Positions 62,792 to 64,000 of a stretch of DNA of 64,000 bases are shown in pieces; the first letter of the stretch is position 1; each line of letters starts with the position of its first letter. A program made the translations under genes and the position numbers. Source of the stretch: Cetorhinus maximus. Lineage: Eukaryota. A model generated the notes under the pieces. The model saw only the letters and a list, made by a program, of their open reading frames with translations, was not told the DNA's origin and did no database searches. The DNA lies in contig NC_135891.1 of the NCBI RefSeq assembly GCF_964194155.1, forward strand, positions 93,744,001 through 93,808,000, written 5' to 3'.

Positions 62792-62832
62792 GTTATAATT
62801 TTAACACTAGAATGCTTTATCTCTTTCCACAG

Positions 62833-62945
62833 CTCACAGCTACATGACTGGTACCTCAGCCTGCCTTGGCCTTGGCGTAATTGCAGCTCTCACGAAGATG
62901 GGCAAGATGGAAGGTTGGCGCTTATCAGGACCTCCCAAACTTTGA
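62833..62945 (+). CDS. NDUFA11: NDUFA11 exon 4 (last); spliced CDS 408 nt = 135 aa
   Basis: ttccacag| (A)HSYMTGTSACLGLGVIAALTKMGKMEGWRLSGPPKL-TGA; the frame joins exons 1-3. Confidence 0.92.
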
Positions 62946-62992
62946 AAACAGCTCAAGCAGCGCAAACTATTGTAATATAGTGTATCCAGTCC

Positions 62993-62998
62993 AATAAA
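62993..62998 (+). terminator. NDUFA11 polyadenylation signal
   Basis: AATAAA about 47 nt after the stop codon. Confidence 0.65.
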
Positions 62999-64000
62999 AC
63001 AAATATAATTCTGCTTCACAGTGTCACTTCAAAACATAATGGTAAAATTTAGCCAAGTACATATGTGTTGGGTTTTGAAACAAGTTGTTAAATGAATGAA
63101 AGTAGCTTTAATATTTCAATTTTCAGTCTCTTTGATTTTTCTTTCCAGGACGTCTTTTGAAATGTGGGCAAAATGTAGACCTGTTGATAGAACATTTTTC
63201 CAGCCCCTCAGTATCTCCGCCAAGTTGCCCTTCTTCCCTATTCAAACATTGACATTAAGGTGAGGCCTGTTTACACCTGGACTTATCTAACTAGAGCCTA
63301 TGTCCAGTTTTCCCCTTCCTCACTTGCCTAGGACTCTTGAGGCCAGTTGTACTGACCCATCGACAGTGGTGGTGTGGGAAGAGAGCCCTGCAGTTTTATA
63401 TTGGGAAATGTGATTTTTCGAGGTCTGTGTTTCATTGCCCATTGCACTCGACATTAGTGTGATGACTCATTAGTGCAATCTATTGCTGCTGGCTTAGCAC
63501 TATTAACTAAACCCCCTTTTAGCAGTAGCAGGACTGGGGAGTAACCTGGATTGTGACATTTTTCTATGTTTAAGGTGGTGTATAAATGCAAGTTGTGGGA
63601 ACTTATTTCAGCAGGCAAACAGGCAGAAGTTAATTACTGACCCGTTAAATGTTGCTGTTTGGTTAAGGAGACTGGAGCCTTTTATAATATTTTTATTTTG
63701 ATGCAGCTTAGAAATTGTTTCCTCATTTTGAAGGTATTCTTTCAGCTGTAAAATTTATATCTAACAAACACTTGTTTGGGACATAACCCAATGATCACTG
63801 TCAATTATATTGCTTTATTTCATTTTATATACACAGCACCTATCAGTTTAAATTTAAATCCTTATAATAAACAAAATAGTAGCTTGTTCTGACTGTGTCC
63901 ACATCCACATAAAGTAATGAAGGTTGTTCTAGGTTGCAGGAGAATATAAAAATTTGGATCACTGGGCCTTCCAGCTGCCTTATCAGGTATTTGCCAGAGA

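Overview
Vertebrate genomic DNA, most likely a cartilaginous fish (shark); this is inferred from the repeat content of CR1/L2 LINEs, Deu-type SINEs, Harbinger and Penelope-like elements. It holds three host genes. POLE4 exon 1 lies on the minus strand, with the rest of the gene running off the left edge. A complete 3-coding-exon NIM1K-like Ser/Thr kinase lies on the plus strand (435 aa, C-terminal CaaX). A complete 4-exon NDUFA11 lies on the plus strand (135 aa). Much of the remainder is transposon-derived: an RTE LINE, many CR1/L2 fragments, four solo LTRs, a near-full-length two-gene Harbinger with matching MITEs, and older Harbinger relics. The most striking system is a family of eight Penelope-like (RT + GIY-YIG) insertions. 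Two are long; the others are non-coding mini-elements or relics of about 90-250 bp, often inverted or palindromic, and most of the eight have 11-15 bp target-site duplications. Their shared 3' terminal repeat contains a minimal type-I hammerhead-ribozyme motif (AGTT-CTGANGA-A-stem II-GAAAC-GTH-AACT). Its helix III is a loop-less ACGT palindrome, which implies dimer-dependent cleavage. These insertions cluster near gene 5' ends. All calls were made by eye; repeat boundaries without a stated TSD are approximate.
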